Of a DNA stretch of 64,000 nucleotides, positions 11,201 through 25,013 are shown in pieces. How positions within the stretch are numbered: the first letter of the stretch is position 1; the number at the start of each line of letters is the position of its first letter. Made by a program: the position numbers and the translations under genes. The notes under the pieces were generated by a model. It was given only the letters and a program-made list of their open reading frames with translations. It searched no databases and was not told where the DNA came from. The DNA lies in the NCBI GenBank assembly GCA_002269645.1, contig NIVC01001965.1:280254-344253 (forward strand). Reading direction: 5' to 3'. The stretch is from Macrostomum lignano (lineage: Eukaryota).

Positions 11201-14200
11201 GAATGTGCTAGGATGTCAGGGAATGTGCTAGGATGTCAGGGAATGTGCTTGGATGTCAGGGAATGTGCTAGGATGTCAGGGAATGTGCTAGGATGTCAGG
11301 GAATGTGCTAGGATGTCAGGGAATGTGCTTGGATGTCAGGGAATGTGCTTGGATGTCAGGGAATGTGCTAGGATGTCAGGGAATGTGCTAGGATGTCAGG
11401 GAATGTGCTAGGATGTCAGGGAATGTGCTTGGATGTCAGGGAATGTGCTTGGATGTCAGGGAATGTGCTAGGATGTCAGGGAATGTGCTAGGATGTTAGG
11501 TAATGTGTTGAGATGTTAGGGAATGTGTTAGTATGTCAGGGAATGTGCTTGAATGTCGGTGATTATTTCAAGCTAGCCTATCACTCCAAGGCAATGCTGG
11601 CTGACCATATCATTTGCAGACCCGACCAGCGGAGCCCCCGGCGCCTCCAGTCAGACAGTTGTCCAACCGGTCGCGTCAATCCTTATCTAAATCAGAATCC
11701 TCTGACGGTGGCGGTGGTGGCGGCTGCAGCGGCGAAACCAGAACTGAAGGAGTGTCAGCAGTCGGGGGCGACGAGTACACGCCCACACCGCTGAGCGTGC
11801 TGCGTCGGGCCAAGGCTCCGCCAGCTGCCCCGCAGTTGCAGCAGCCGTCGTACGAGCCGACTCCCCTGACTGTGCAGCAGCAGCAGCAGCAGCAGCAGCC
11901 TCCGGCGTCCTCGTCTAAATCGACAGATGCCACTGCTGCCAAAGCCAGTGTCCGTCGGCGACCTCTGCAACTACCGGCGCCCAAAGTCGGCGCCGACACC
12001 AATCGAACCTCGGCGACAGTATCGTCTACCGGCGAAGACTACAGTCCGGTTGAGGAGCGACAGCCGGCTGTCGACGACTCCTCGGAGGCCAAACGGATTC
12101 GATATGACTCGTCCGCTTCGCCGACAACTGTCGAGCCGAGCTACGAGCCAACGCCAATAGGCGGTTGCTATGGCGACAACGAAGCTGAAGACAATGAAGA
12201 CGACTGTAACGATGACGAGTACTGCCCGACTGCGGTACCGACAGTTGCATCGGCGTCAGCGACTGTTGATGAGCCTCAACAGAAGGTCAATGATGTTGCC
12301 AAAGGAGGAGAAGGCGGCGAGATCAAACGAGTTTTTCTCGATCTGTTCGGCGAAGAGCCGCCGAGTTCTTCATCAGAGTCGGCGTCTGTTTTAATCGCAG
12401 CTCCGCCGGTGCAGTCTGTTACCGGCTCTGCTCCTGCCGCTACGGCGTCTTCTACTGCAGCGTCATCTTTGCAGTCTGGAAAAGGTTCGTGTGTTATTCT
12501 GTGGCTAAATATGTTGTCCAATATATAGATACAGATTATAGTCTTATGTAATTCTATTTTATAAGTATGAGTGTATCACCATTGTATTTATCAACCTATA
12601 CTAAATTATACTATAAAGCCGGACTCGGGTGAGTATTTATATAATCTTTGGGCAAGACTAAGATGAGCTTATAGTCTATGGGCAAGACTAAGATGAGCTT
12701 ATAGTCTATGGGCAAGACTCAGATGAGCATATAGTCTATGGGCAAGACTAAGATGAGCATATAGTCTATGGGCAAGACTCAGATGAGCATATAGTCTATG
12801 GGCAAGACTAAGATGAGCTTATAGTCTATGGGCAAGACTCAGATGAGCATATAGTCTATGGGCAAGACTCAGATGAGCATATAGTCTATGGGCAAGACTA
12901 AGATGAGCATATAGTCTATGGGCAAGACTCAGATGAGCATATAGTTTATGGGCAAGACTCAGATGAGCATATAGTCTATGGGCAAGACTCAGACATTAAG
13001 CTAGCAGTCATAAATTGTTTTGCCCCATTCCGCCAGCCGGCTCAGCCGTCCGCAGAATGACGCCATCCGAGCAAGTGGCCAGACGGGCCCAACAGGTCGC
13101 TGCCAATCCTGCAGCCCTGCTCAGCCAAGGCAAAGTTCGCGCCCCGTCCGTCGCTGCCACAGCCGCTGCCGGTTCAGCTCCAGTCGTAGCGGTCCCTGCC
13201 AGCCCGTTGCCTGGCACCGTTGCCAACAAGATCCCGGATGTGGTACGCCAGCGCTATCTGGATCGTCTGGCCGAGGAGTGCCGCCTCGCTGCCACCTCGG
13301 CTGGTCCGGACCCCGGCTCAGCTGCCAGCCGGCGGGCCCAGCAGCTTGAACTGGAATGCTACGAGCGCAGCGCCAACCGCAACGTGTATTTAAACGCGGT
13401 CATATTGGCTATTAAGCGGGTTCGAGCCTCGGCTGGCAATTCCGCCAATCAGCAACAGCAGAAGAGGCCGCAACAACCGGAAGAAGCTGGTCAACTATCC
13501 GATAAGCGGTTTTATAAGCACTTATTAAAGTACGCGATGACCCCTGCTCAGCTAGCCGAGAATCGCTATCCGCCGCATCTGCCGCCGCTGCCCTATGCGC
13601 CCCCGGCTAATCCGTTGGAGCGGCTGTGCGTTCGCTGCGGCGCCGCCTTCCTGCTGCAGCAGCCCGACTTGACCACCCCGCCAGGCCAGTGCTGCTATCA
13701 CTATGGCCGGGCCTACAGTCGGCGAGTACCGGGGGCCGGTGTACAGCAGATCTACAGCTGCTGCGGTGGCGACCTGCAAACCAAAGGTTGCTCGCTAGGG
13801 GAACGGCACGTGCACGAGTACAATGTGTACTGCGATACCGAGGGCTACAGGGACACAGTTGCGCCAGATAAAGCTGTGAGCGTCTGGGGGGTTGTGCATC
13901 CCTTTTGATACCGCGACACCGAGTGGCACCGATCAGATTCAAAATGGCACTCATAACATTCAAAATGGCACCAATAATATTCAAAATGGCACCAATATTA
14001 TTCAAAATGGCACCAATAATATTCAAAATGGCACTCATAACATTCAAAATGGCACCAATAAGATTCAAAATGGCACCAATATTATTCAAAATGGCACCAA
14101 TAATATTCAAAATGGCACCCATAATATTCAAAATGGCACCAATATTATTCAAAATGGCACCTATAACATTCAAAATGGCACCAATAATATTCAAAATGGC

Positions 14201-17200
14201 ACCAATAATATTCAAAATGGCACCAATAATATTCAAAATGGCACCCATAATATTCAAAATGGCACCAATATTATTCAAAATGGCACCTATAACATTCAAA
14301 ATGGCACCAATAATATTCAAAATGGCACCAATAATATTCAAAATGGCACCAATAATATTCAAAATGGCACCAATAATATTCAAAATGGCACCAATAATAT
14401 TCAAAATCGCACCTATATTATTCAAAATGGCACCAATATTATTCAAAATGGCACCTATAAGATTCAAAATGGCACCAATAATATTCAAAATGGCACCAAT
14501 AATATTCAAAACGGCACCCATAGCATTCAAAATAACACCAATAAGATTCAAAATGGCACCAATAATATTCAAAATGGCACCAATAATATTCAAAATGGCA
14601 CCGATCAGATTCAAAATGGCACCAATAATATTCAAAATGGCACCAATCAGATTCAAAATGGCACCCATAAGATTCAAAATGGCACCGATCAGATTCAAAA
14701 TGGCACCAATAAGATTCAAAATGGCACCGATCAGATTCAAAATGGCACCAATAAGATTCAAAATGGCACCGATCAGATTCAAAATGGCACCCATAAGATT
14801 CAAAATGGCACCAATAATATTCAAAATGGCACCCATAACATTCAAAATGGCACCAATAATATTCAAAATGGCACCAATAATATTCAAAATGGCACCCATA
14901 ACATTCAAAATGGCACCAATAATATTCAAAATGGCACCAATAATATTCAAAATGGCACCTATATTATTCAAAATGGCACCAATATTATTCAAAATGGCAC
15001 CTATAAGATTCAAAATGGCACCAATAATATTCAAAATGGCACCAATAATATTCAAAACGGCACCCATAGCATTCAAAATAACACCAATAAGATTCAAAAT
15101 GGCACCAATAATATTCAAAATGGCACCAATAATATTCAAAATGGCACCAATAATATTCAAAATGGCACCAATAATATTCAAAATGGCACCAATAATATTC
15201 AAAATGGCACCAATAATATTCAAAACGGCACCCATAGCATTCAAAATAACACCAATAAGATTCAAAATGGCACCAATAATATTCAAAATGGCACCCATAG
15301 CATTCAAAATAACACCAATAAGATTCAAAATGGCACCAATAATATTCAAAATGGCACTCATAACATTCAAAATGGCACCAATAATATTCAAAATGGCACC
15401 AATAATATTCAAAGTGGCACCCATAACATTCAAAATGGCACCAATCAGATTCAAAATGGCACCCATAAGATTCAAAATGGCACCAATAAGATTCAAAATG
15501 GCACCGATCAGATTCAAAATGGCACCAATAAGATTCAAAATGGCACCGATCAGATTCAAAATGGCACCCATAAGATTCAAAATGGCACCGATCAGATTCA
15601 AAATGGCACCCATAAGATTCAAAATGGCACCAATAAGATTCAAAATGGCACCGATCAGATTCAAAATGGCACCAATAAGATTCAAAATGGCACCAATCAG
15701 ATTTAAAATGGCACCCATAAGATTCAAAATGGCACTCATAACATTCAAAATGGCACCCATAAGATTCAAAATGGCACCAATAAGATTCAAAATGGCACCG
15801 ATCAGATTCAAAATGGCACCAATAAGATTCAAAATGGCACCGATCAGATTCAAAATGGCACCCATAAGATTCAAAATGGCACCAATAATATTCAAAATGG
15901 CACCCATAACATTCAAAATGGCACCAATAATATTCAAAATGGCACCAATAATATTCAAAATGGCACTAATAACATTCAAAATGGCACCAATAATATTCAA
16001 AATGGCACCAATAATATTCAAAATGGCACCCATAACATTCAAAATGGCACCAATAATATTCAAAATGGCACCAATAATATTAAAAATGGCACCCATAACA
16101 TTCAAAATGGCACCAATAATATTCAAAATGGCACCCATAACATTCAAAATGGCACCAATAATATTCAAAATGGCACCAATAATATTCAAAATGGCACTAA
16201 TAACATTCAAAATGGCACCAATAATATTCAAAATGGCACCAATAATATTCAAAATGGCACCCATAACATTCAAAATGGCACCAATAATATTCAAAATGGC
16301 ACCAATAATATTAAAAATGGCACCCATAACATTCAAAATAACACCAATAAGATTCAAAATGGCACCAATAATATTCAAAATGGCACCCATAACATTCAAA
16401 ATGGCACCAATAATATTCAAAATGGCACCAATAATATTCAAAATGGCACCCATCGGATTCAAAATGGCATCCGTAAGCTTCAAAATGGCACACATAGGAT
16501 TCAAAGTGGCACTTATAATATGCAAAATGGCACTTATAATATGCAAAATGGCACTTATAATATGCAAAATGGCACTTATAATATGCAAAATGGCACTTAT
16601 AATATGCAAAATGGCACCCATAAGATGCAAAATGGCACCTGTCAGGTTCAAAATGACATCTATCACATTTAAAATTGGCACCCATCAGATTCAAGTTAGA
16701 AGAGAAGCAGATCAATTTGTAATTATCCCTAGTCAATCTCAATGAAACCGCAGACCGTGTCCAAGAAGCTACGCCGCGGGGTGTACGCCCTAGACTGCGA
16801 GATGATCTACACAGACGCCGGCAAAGAGCTGGCCCGAGTCACGGTGATCGATCGCAGTTTGTCAGTCGTTTACGACCGCCTGGTGCACCCGTCGGCTCCG
16901 ATAGTTGACTGCAATACTCGCTTCTCCGGGCTGCGAGCCGAGCAGCTGGTCAGCGCCCAGCACCGGCTAGCCGATGTGCAAGACGAACTGCTGAAACTGA
17001 TCTATTCCACTAGCATACTCATTGGGCACAGTCTGGAAAGCGATCTCCAAGTGTTGAAGCTGCGTCATGGCACTGTTGTGGATACTAGCATCGTGTTTCC
17101 GCATCGGCAGGGCCTGCCCAAGAAGCGAGCATTGCGCAATCTGGCTAGCGAGATTCTTAATAAGATTATTCAGACTGGCGGCGGTGAGTTGGGCGGGGGT

Positions 17201-18744
17201 TTCAGTATTCTATAGTCTAAATATTGTATGTTTAATGCTCTCGTTGGGTTATTAGAATAGCCGTATCCATGGGAAATCCCCGTTGCTAAAATGTCTGTAT
17301 CCTAGGGAAATCCCAGTTGCTGAAATGTCTGTATCTTAGGGAAATCCCAGTTGCTAAAATGTCTGTATCTTAGGGAAATCCCAGTTGCTAAAATGTCTGT
17401 ATCTTAGGGAAATCCCAGTTGCTAAAATGAGTCCAGGGAAATCCCAGCAGCTAGAATGACTGTATCCTAGGGAAATCCCAGTTGCTAGGATGACTGTACT
17501 TAAGGGAAATCCCAGCAGCTAGAATGACTGTATCCTAGGAAAATCCCAGTTGCTAGGATGACTGTATCCATGGGAAATCCCAGTTGCTAGAATGATGTAT
17601 CCATAGGAAATCCCAGTTGCTAGGATGACTGTATCCATGGGAAATCCCAGTTGCTAGAATGATGTATCCATGAGAAATCCCAGTTGCTAGAATGATGTAT
17701 CCATGAGAAATCCCAGTTGCTAGAATGATGTATCCATGGGAAATCCCTGTTGCTAAAATGAGTCAAGGGAAATCCCAGCAGCTAGAATGACTGTATCCAT
17801 GGGAAATCCCAGTTGCTAGAATGATGTATCCATGAGAAATCCCAGTTGCTAGAATGATGTATCCATGGGAAATCCCTGTTGCTAAAATGAGTCAAGGGAA
17901 ATCCCAGCAGCTAGAATGACTGTATCCATGGGAAATCCCAGTTGCTAGAATGATTGTATCCATAGGAAATCCCAGTTGCTAGGATGATGTATCCATGGGA
18001 AATCCCAGTAGCTAGAATGATGTATCCATGGGAAATCCCAGTTGCTAGAATGATGTATCCATGGGAAATCCCTGTTGCTAAAATGAGTCAAGGGAAATCC
18101 CAGCAGCTAGAATGACTGTATCCATGGGAAATCCCAGTTGCTAGAATGACTGTATCCTAGGAAAATCCCAGTTGCTAGGATGACTGTATCCATGGGAAAT
18201 CCCAGTTGCTAGAATGACTGTATCCTAGGAAAATCCCAGTTGCTAGGATGACTGTATCAAAGAAAAATCCCTGTAGCTAGAATGGCCGTATCCAAGGGAA
18301 ATCCTACTTGTTAAAATAGCTGTATCCAAGGTAAATCTTAGTTGCTAGAATGATGTATCCATGGGAAATCCCAGTTGCTAGAATGATGTATCCATGGGAA
18401 ATATCCCTGTTGCCAAATTGACTGTATTCAAGGGAAATCCCAGTAGCTAGAATGACTGTATCCTAGGAAAATCCCAGTTGCTAGGATGACTGTATCCAAG
18501 AAAAATCCCTGTAGCTAGAATGGCCATATCCAAGGGAAATCCTACTTGTTAAAATAGCTGTATCCAAGGTAAATCTTAGTTGCTAGATTAACTGTGTGCA
18601 AAAAAGCCGTTACAATGCAACTGACCTGATCATTGCGCTGCAGATGCTGGCCACGATTCCAGCGAGGACGCTCAAGCCTGCATGGAGCTGATGTTCTACA
18701 AGCTGACGGAGGATCTCAAAAAGTGCAAATTCTCCTCTTCTTGA
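8107..18744 (+). CDS. REXO1: RNA exonuclease 1 homolog (DEDDh 3'-5' exonuclease), 6 exons, 793 aa
   Basis: Exons 8107-8209, 10639-10682, 11620-12484, 13037-13875, 16754-17183 and 18644-18744 sum to 2382 nt (794 codons). All introns are GT-AG and phases match (1,0,1,0,1). Motifs: N-terminal [30 protein letters not shown], EloA-BP1-like [11 protein letters not shown]...VYLN, a Cys/His cluster, ExoI ALDCEM, ExoII GHSLESD and Exo[11 protein letters not shown]. Confidence 0.93.
8497..9834. mobile_element. Non-autonomous TIR DNA transposon (MITE-like, hAT- or P-type) in REXO1 intron 1
   Basis: Perfect 15-bp TIRs CAGTGTTGGGCACCA (8497-8511) and TGGTGCCCAACACTG (9820-9834). Perfect 8-bp TSD CACATTGG (8489-8496 and 9835-9842). 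No transposase ORF. Confidence 0.9.
10639..10682 (+). CDS. REXO1: REXO1 exon 2 (44-nt small exon)
   Basis: Acceptor TTTTTAG at 10638 and donor GTAAGT at 10683. Phase 1 in and phase 0 out bridge exons 1 and 3 exactly. Confidence 0.8.
10750..11555. repeat. 20-bp minisatellite (GGATGTCAGGGAATGTGCTA), REXO1 intron 2
   Basis: Homogeneous core with degenerate flanks. Confidence 0.97.
11620..12484 (+). CDS. REXO1: REXO1 exon 3 (low-complexity linker with YEPTP repeats)
   Basis: Lies within ORF 11614-12528. Acceptor TTTGCAG at 11619 and donor G|GTTCGT at 12485. Confidence 0.85.
12650..12993. repeat. 30-bp minisatellite (GGCAAGACTCAGATGAGCATATAGTCTATG), REXO1 intron 3
   Basis: About 11 copies. Confidence 0.97.
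13037..13875 (+). CDS. REXO1: REXO1 exon 4 (EloA-BP1-like region and Cys/His cluster)
   Basis: Lies within ORF 13015-13908. Acceptor CCGCCAG at 13036 and donor GTGAGC at 13876. Confidence 0.9.
13925..16690. repeat. 21-bp minisatellite (TTCAAAATGGCACCAATAATA), REXO1 intron 4
   Basis: About 2.8 kb; source of the spurious 600-1000 aa ORFs. Confidence 0.98.
16754..17183 (+). CDS. REXO1: REXO1 exon 5 (exonuclease ExoI and ExoII)
   Basis: [12 protein letters not shown] and [13 protein letters not shown]. Acceptor CCGCAG at 16753 and donor G|GTGAGT at 17184. Confidence 0.95.
17268..18590. repeat. About 32-bp minisatellite (GGGAAATCCCAGTTGCTAGAATGATGTATCCAT), REXO1 intron 5
   Basis: Direct inspection; includes higher-order block duplications. 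Confidence 0.96.
18644..18744 (+). CDS. REXO1: REXO1 exon 6 (ExoIII and stop)
   Basis: Phase 1 join gives [33 protein letters not shown]-stop (TGA 18742-18744). Confidence 0.92.
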
Positions 18745-19199
18745 TGACCTCAGCTTCACTTATTTCCCAATTTTTCCTCACGAGCTGGTGTTTGTGTTTT
18801 TTTCTGTGCAACGCGTTGTTTGCATTTTTCTGGCGTTTTGTTTGTATCCTATTTTTATGACTTTAATACATAATGCTTGCTACTTACTGCTTTAATATCA
18901 GTAGCACATTTTTCGCATTGCAATTTGCACCGTCATGGTGAGCCAGACAGCTGGCTGCATATGAGAGTTGGTTAGCCACTCATTACTTTTCTCAAATCAG
19001 AAAATAAAATTTAATTGGTTTCTTGCACGCAACAGATCTATTTATAGTAGTACTGATTAGTTTTCGTATTAAAAGTGTATGCAGATTATTTGTTTTAAAT
19101 AGTGAAATTATTTGAATAAAACAGTGGTTCTTTAATTATTAATAATTTGTCTTCTCTCGTGGTCGGATGTTTAATAGTGTCTGTGCTCAAGTTAATCAC

Positions 19200-19735
19200 A
19201 GAAGTTAATGCAATTGCAGGTGCGGCTTAGATAATTATATTTGCGACTCAGATAATTACAAGTGTGGCTCAGATAATTACAGGTGCGGCTCTGATAATTA
19301 CAGGTGTGGCTCAGATAATTACAGGTGCGGCTCTGATAATTACAGGTGTGGCTCAGATAATTACAGATGCGGCTCAGGTAATTACAGGTATGGCTCAGAT
19401 AATTACAGGTGTGGCTCAGATAAGTACAGATGCGGCTCAGATAATTACAGGTGTGGCTCAGATAATTACAGATGCGGCTCAGGTAATTACAGGTGTAGCT
19501 CAGATAATTACAGGTGTGGCTCAGATAAGTACAGATGCGGCTCTGATAATTACAGGTGTGGCTCAGATAACTACAGATGTGGCTCTGTTAATTACAGGTG
19601 CGGCTCAGGTAATTACAGATGTGTGTCAAATAATTACAGATGTGTGTCAAATAATTACAGGTGTGGCTCTGATAATTACAGAAGCGGCTCTGATAATTAG
19701 AGGTGCGGCTCAGGTAATTACGGGTACGGTCTATA
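19200..19735. repeat. 21-bp minisatellite (CAGATAATTACAGGTGTGGCT)
   Basis: Direct inspection. Confidence 0.96.
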
Positions 19736-20789
19736 TAGTTACAGGTGCTAGTTTAGTTAGGAGTAATTACATAACTGGTTCAATAGAAATACTATAGTTT
19801 TCGCCATATTGAATGATTCAAGTCAAGCACCTGTACACAAGCGTCAGCCTTACCAGGGACCATTACTAGTATTTATACGTCATAAAAGGCGAGTTTCTTA
19901 AAAAATGTCGGCAATATACAAAATCTACCTAACTTTGAACAAGCAATACACTTCTTCTTGTAGTGCGCAATAACCCTGCCGCCACTACAAAAGTGCAGAT
20001 TTTTTCTGAACAAGCAGACTAGGCTTCCTTTTAGAAGTAAACTAGGTCGCATCACTTGATGCTTGAACTGCGCGCTGAGCAACTTCTATCCAGGCACCCC
20101 GCATGCAGGTGAATGAGTAGTCGAACCGCTTGGCCTCCTGAAAATGCAAGCCTGCCAGATAGCCGTTTTTTTCGGATGCGCAATAGCGCTATAAAGTACA
20201 TGTGCACCAGTGCTGATCAACACTTGTCGAGCACTTTCCCGATTTATAGACTGGCTAATCCCATTATTGTCTACAACTGAGGTCTGGCTAATCCTACATC
20301 TGAGGTCTGGCTAATTCCATATCTGAAGTCTGACTAATCCACTCGTACTTTTAATTTTGTTTTAATAAGCACACGAAAATTGGAAAAACGCATTTGTTAT
20401 ACTGTCCGATAGCACTGTCAGCAATGCAACGGAGATATGTATAGCTGTTGCGGGTGTGTAGGCGTCAGTTCGAGACTCTTCGTGTTATGTTTTCCCCGAG
20501 GTCGTGTCAATCCAAACACAACCCTTTATTAATCCTCCATTCCATACAGAGGCATGGGCCAGTATGCGGAAGAATTGTCGCCCAGAAAAGTTTTGTACTT
20601 TTCGCTGTACGCTGTTTGTTGGGCTGCAGATCCCGGCCAATATTTTGCCTTCTTTTCATTTACGCAAGTGTTTACCGAGCAAACAGAAAGTTTTTAATTT
20701 TTACCGACCTGCCGGTTTAATTGCTATTAATAATCACAGACAGTATAATGGCTGATATAAATATGATTCTGTAAGAGCGTCAAAGAGCG

Positions 20790-21720
20790 CCCTATGAGCG
20801 TCAAACTCTTAGGGTAGCGCCAAACTCTCTTAGTAAAGTAAGGGGCGCCAAACTCTTAGTAAGGTGCGCCAAACTCTCTTAGTAAAGTAAAGGGCGCCAA
20901 ACTCTTAGTAAAGTAAGGGGCGCCAAACTCTTAGTAAAGTAAGGGGCGCCAAACTCTTAGTAAAGTAAGGGGCGCCAAACTCTTAGTAAAGTAAGGGGCG
21001 TCAAACTCTTAGTAAAGTAAGGGGCGCCAAACTCTCTTAGTAAAGTAAAGGGCGCCAAACTCTTAGTAAAGTAAGGGGCGCCAAACTCTCTTAGTAAAGT
21101 AAGGGGCGCCAAACTCTTAGTAAAGTAAGGGGCGCCAAACTCTTAGTAAAGTAAGGGGCGCCAAACTCTCTTAGTAAAGTAAGGGGCGCCAAACTCTTAG
21201 TAAAGTAAGGGGCGCCAAACTCTTAGTAAAGTAAGGGGCGCCAAACTCTCTTAGTAAAGTAAGGGGCGCCAAACTCTCTTAGTAAAGTAAGGGGCGCCAA
21301 ACTCTCTTAGTAAAGTAAGGGGCGCCAAACTCTTAGTAAAGTAAGGGGCGCCAAACTCTCTTAGTAAAGTAAGGGGCGCCAAACTCTTAGTAAAGTAAAG
21401 GGCGCCAAACTCTTAGTAAAGTAAGGGGCGCCAAACTCTCTTAGTAAAGTAAGGGGCGCCAAACTCTCTTAGTAAAGTAAGGGGCGCCAAACTCTTAGTA
21501 AAGTAAAGGGCGCCAAACTCTCTTAGTAAAGTAAGGGGCGCCAAACTCTCTTAGTAAAGTAAGGGGCGCCAAACTCTCTTAGTAAAGTAAGGGGCGCCAA
21601 ACTCTCTTAGTAAAGTAAGGGGCGCCAAACTCTCTTAGTAAAGTAAGGGGCGCCAAACTCTCTTAGTAAAGTAAGGGGCGCCGAGCTTTTAGTAAGGGGC
21701 GCCAAACTTTTACTAAAGGA
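20790..21720. repeat. 26/28-bp minisatellite (AAACT(CT)CTTAGTAAAGTAAGGGGCGCC)
   Basis: Direct inspection. Confidence 0.97.
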
Positions 21721-22844
21721 TCGCCGACACTTATATAGCGATCCGGTTATGATTTCTGTTGAAATTTATTCATCAAAATTATGCAACAATAATTTGTTTT
21801 TTTTAGTAGTTATTTCGTTCTTTTAGGTGCGAGGCCATAAAGTGTTTATATTTCGACTATTCATATACATATATAGACAAGTTGTTCAGTCTTTTCTGTC
21901 CAACAAAAATGTGTTCGTACTTTTTTGGCGGAGGCCGGGGCTCATCTCCGGGTTCTGATAATTGGAAATTTCGCCTTTTCGTCAAGCTTGGTTGCTACTG
22001 ACGCCCACACAAATTATTGATCCCAGTGGCTGGATAGATTGCGAATCAGAATGGGATAAATCTTGGCTTGTGGAGGGGATTCCACTCATGAGCTGGCGGG
22101 AGCTGCAGCACGAGTAATTTGTTTGAGACGCAAAAAAAGAAGATTTTTCCAAGATTTCTGGAATGAAATCTTCGAGAGCGGCGAGGAATGGGAAATCCCT
22201 CCCAAAGGGATTTGTCCCCTCCTGCGTAGGGGGGAATCAACAAGTTATGGGAGGGCCACTTTTTTCCGGTTACCCGTTTGTCACGCGGGGCTGCTGGCAC
22301 TCGTTCGCTTGTTCACCTGGTTTTTCAATGGGAAACTTTGAATTAGGGTTACAGGGTTTTGCTAGATCATAAGCCAAACTTGTAACTTTTTTTGTTTTTC
22401 AAAAGTTGACTTTCTTTTAAAAGTGTTACATACGTGGATAAAAATAGAACATTTTCTATTAGAATCTGTTTGAGCTATGCCCTATCGCCGGTACCGTTCG
22501 CTGCAATTTGATACAAATCTCGCTTGGCGTCATCCCGGTGTCGGTGGCGTCCGGTTTTCGGATCTCGAGGCTGCCTTGCTAAATTAAATTTTCATTTCTT
22601 CAAAGACACTGGCATTACGGCTGAACCATTTCAAGGTGAGCCATTTTATAACGGTGGCAGTTGCTGCTACAACTTCAGCAATTCGTCGAATAAACAGGGC
22701 GCTACACTCGCTGATCGTGTGGTCACGTGGCAGGTTTTTCCGGAAGTTTCCCGTTCTTCAGCACTGAATCCCCAATGCCTCACCTGCTGGACTTCCGAAT
22801 TGCAGATGCAGCCAGCAGGTGTTTTGTCCGAGCTGCGCTCACAA

Positions 22845-22975
22845 GTTTATCAAGCTGCTTTTTCATGAACTGCTGCCAGGGACCGGCAAGCAAGCAAAGT
22901 TGCGGCGAGTTTCCAGCTGCTCCTGTCTCTGCAGTGTTATGTCTCGACGGATTTGTCTATGGCCAAACCCATGGC
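22845..22975 (+). repeat. Dispersed repeat, copy A (homologous to about 48850-49002)
   Basis: Collinear blocks AAGTTYATCAAGCT, AAGCAAGCAAAGTTG, GTCTCTGYAGTGT, GACGGATTT and TTGTCTATGGCCAAACC. Confidence 0.7.
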
Positions 22976-23554
22976 TCGCACTCATACACACAGGGTGCAC
23001 AGCCGCCCCTCTTGACTTTCTAATCAAGAATGATTAGAGGTGGCCCGGATTGGTGTAAATCGCACGACAAACCTGTTGACCTCCCTTCAAGTTGTCGGCC
23101 CCTAAGCAACAGAAGTCTCTTCAATATGCGCCAGAAGAAAAGTCCGATATGAAATCCTCAGCCCCGCAACAGATGGCCCAGCGCCCAAGGTCGGCACCGC
23201 CTGCCCTATTTGTCCTGGCTCATCTGCCTTCTCATCATTTACTCCTCTGAGAGGTGATTGATGCTTTTGACCTTTGCATGATCCGTTCCCTTTCATTTTC
23301 CCTCAAACTGCTGACTAAATTATGCGTAGAAACAGCTGCAGATCCGACTGAGTCATTTCTCCGTGGATTGGGCGTCTTGCCAGCTTTGAACTGGCAAGAA
23401 TTTCATTTGTAGCTGCTGAGCTCATGTTGCAGTCTGTGCTTCCTTCACCACATTAAATTGTAGCTTTCTTTTAAAGGCAATCCAGCTGTCGTTTGCTTTT
23501 TTCTGGACAGCCTATTTTGTGAAATCGAATCCTGCCACTCTCCTTCTATTCGAT

Positions 23555-24600
23555 CTTAGCTTCCTACTATACACTACTACCCGCTCTCTACTATCCGCTC
23601 TCTACTATCCGCTCTCTACTATCCGCTCTCTACTATCCGCTCTCTATTCACCGCTCTCTACTCACCGCTCTCTACTCACCGCTCTCTACTACCCGCTCTC
23701 TACTACCCGCTCTCTACGCGTACTATCCGCTCTCTACTATCCGCTCTCTACTATCCGCTCTCTACTATCCGCTCTCTACTCTCCGCTTTCTACTGTCTGC
23801 TCTCTACTATCCGCTCTCTACTATCCGCTCTCTACTATCCGCTCTCTACTCTCCGCTTTCTACTATCCGCTCTCTACTATCCGCTCTCTACTCTCCGCTT
23901 TCTACTTTCTGCTCTCTACTCTCCGCTTTCTACTGTCTGCTCTCTACTATCCGCTCTCTACTCTCCGCTCTCTACTATCCACTCTCTACTATCCACTCTC
24001 TACTATCCGCTTTCTACTATCCGCTCTCTACTACCCGCTCTCTACTCTCCGCTATCTACTATCCGCTCTCTACTATCCGCTCTCTACTATTTGCTCTCTA
24101 CTCTCCACTTTCTACCTTCTGCTCTCTACGCACCGCTCTCTACTCTCCGCTATCTACTATCCGCTCTCTACTCTCCGCTCTCTACTATCTGCTCTCTACT
24201 CTCCGCTTTCTACATTCTGCTCTCTACTACCCGCTCTCTACTCTCCGCTCTCTACTACCCGCTCTCTACTACCCGCTCTCTACTACCCGCTCTCTACTCT
24301 CCGCTCTCTACTATCCGCTCTCTACTATCCACTCTCTACTCACCGCTCTCTACTATCCGCTCTCTACTATCCGCTCTCTACTATCCGCTCTCTACTATCC
24401 GCTCTCTACTATCCGCTCTCTACTACCCGCTCTCTACTCTCCGCTTTCTACTCTCCGCTCTCTACTATCCGCTCTCTACTCTCCGCTCTCTACTATCCGC
24501 TTTATACTGTCTGCTCTCTACTCTCCGCTCTCTACTATCCGCTTTCTACTATCCGCTCTCTACTATCCGCTCTCTACTCTCCGCTCTCCGCTCTCCACTC
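23555..24600. repeat. 14-bp minisatellite (CTACTATCCGCTCT)
   Basis: Direct inspection. Confidence 0.97.
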
Positions 24601-25013
24601 TGCGTAATCCTGCATCTCTTTTCCCCCATCCACTCCCGCTATTTCCCGCTCCCCACCTTTCTTCCAGTTCAGCCTAGCGTTAAAAACGCCTCTCCAGTCT
24701 GACTGTCGGCACTTGCAATTCATTTTAATCAGCGTCCCGTGACTGGCCTGAATGCATTCGCAGGCCTCTCTTACTAACTCATTGTCTAGAGAATGGCTCA
24801 GAGAGAGAATTTAGGTCTCAATTTGCAGACGATGGCCCAGCAACCAAAAAGCGCTTTAGCCAGGCTGCAATCAGCGAACGTTTTTATTCATTAGTATCTG
24901 GTTCGTCTATGTGATTCACTGTCGTGGTTATTTCTTCTCATTGCCATAATAGGACTTATAGGATTTTTAATAACGACTCTAAAAGCTATCTGAATTTTGC
25001 TTGGGATAACTTG

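Noticed and set aside
13607-16745. ORFs of 600-1024 aa ([21 protein letters not shown] repeats)
   Set aside because: They are translations of a stop-free 21-bp minisatellite lying wholly in REXO1 intron 4, and the flanking exons splice in phase across it.
12650-21720. CRISPR-like appearance of regular 20-45 bp repeats
   Set aside because: Units are head-to-tail with no unique spacers, no cas genes are present, and the context is a spliced eukaryotic genome.
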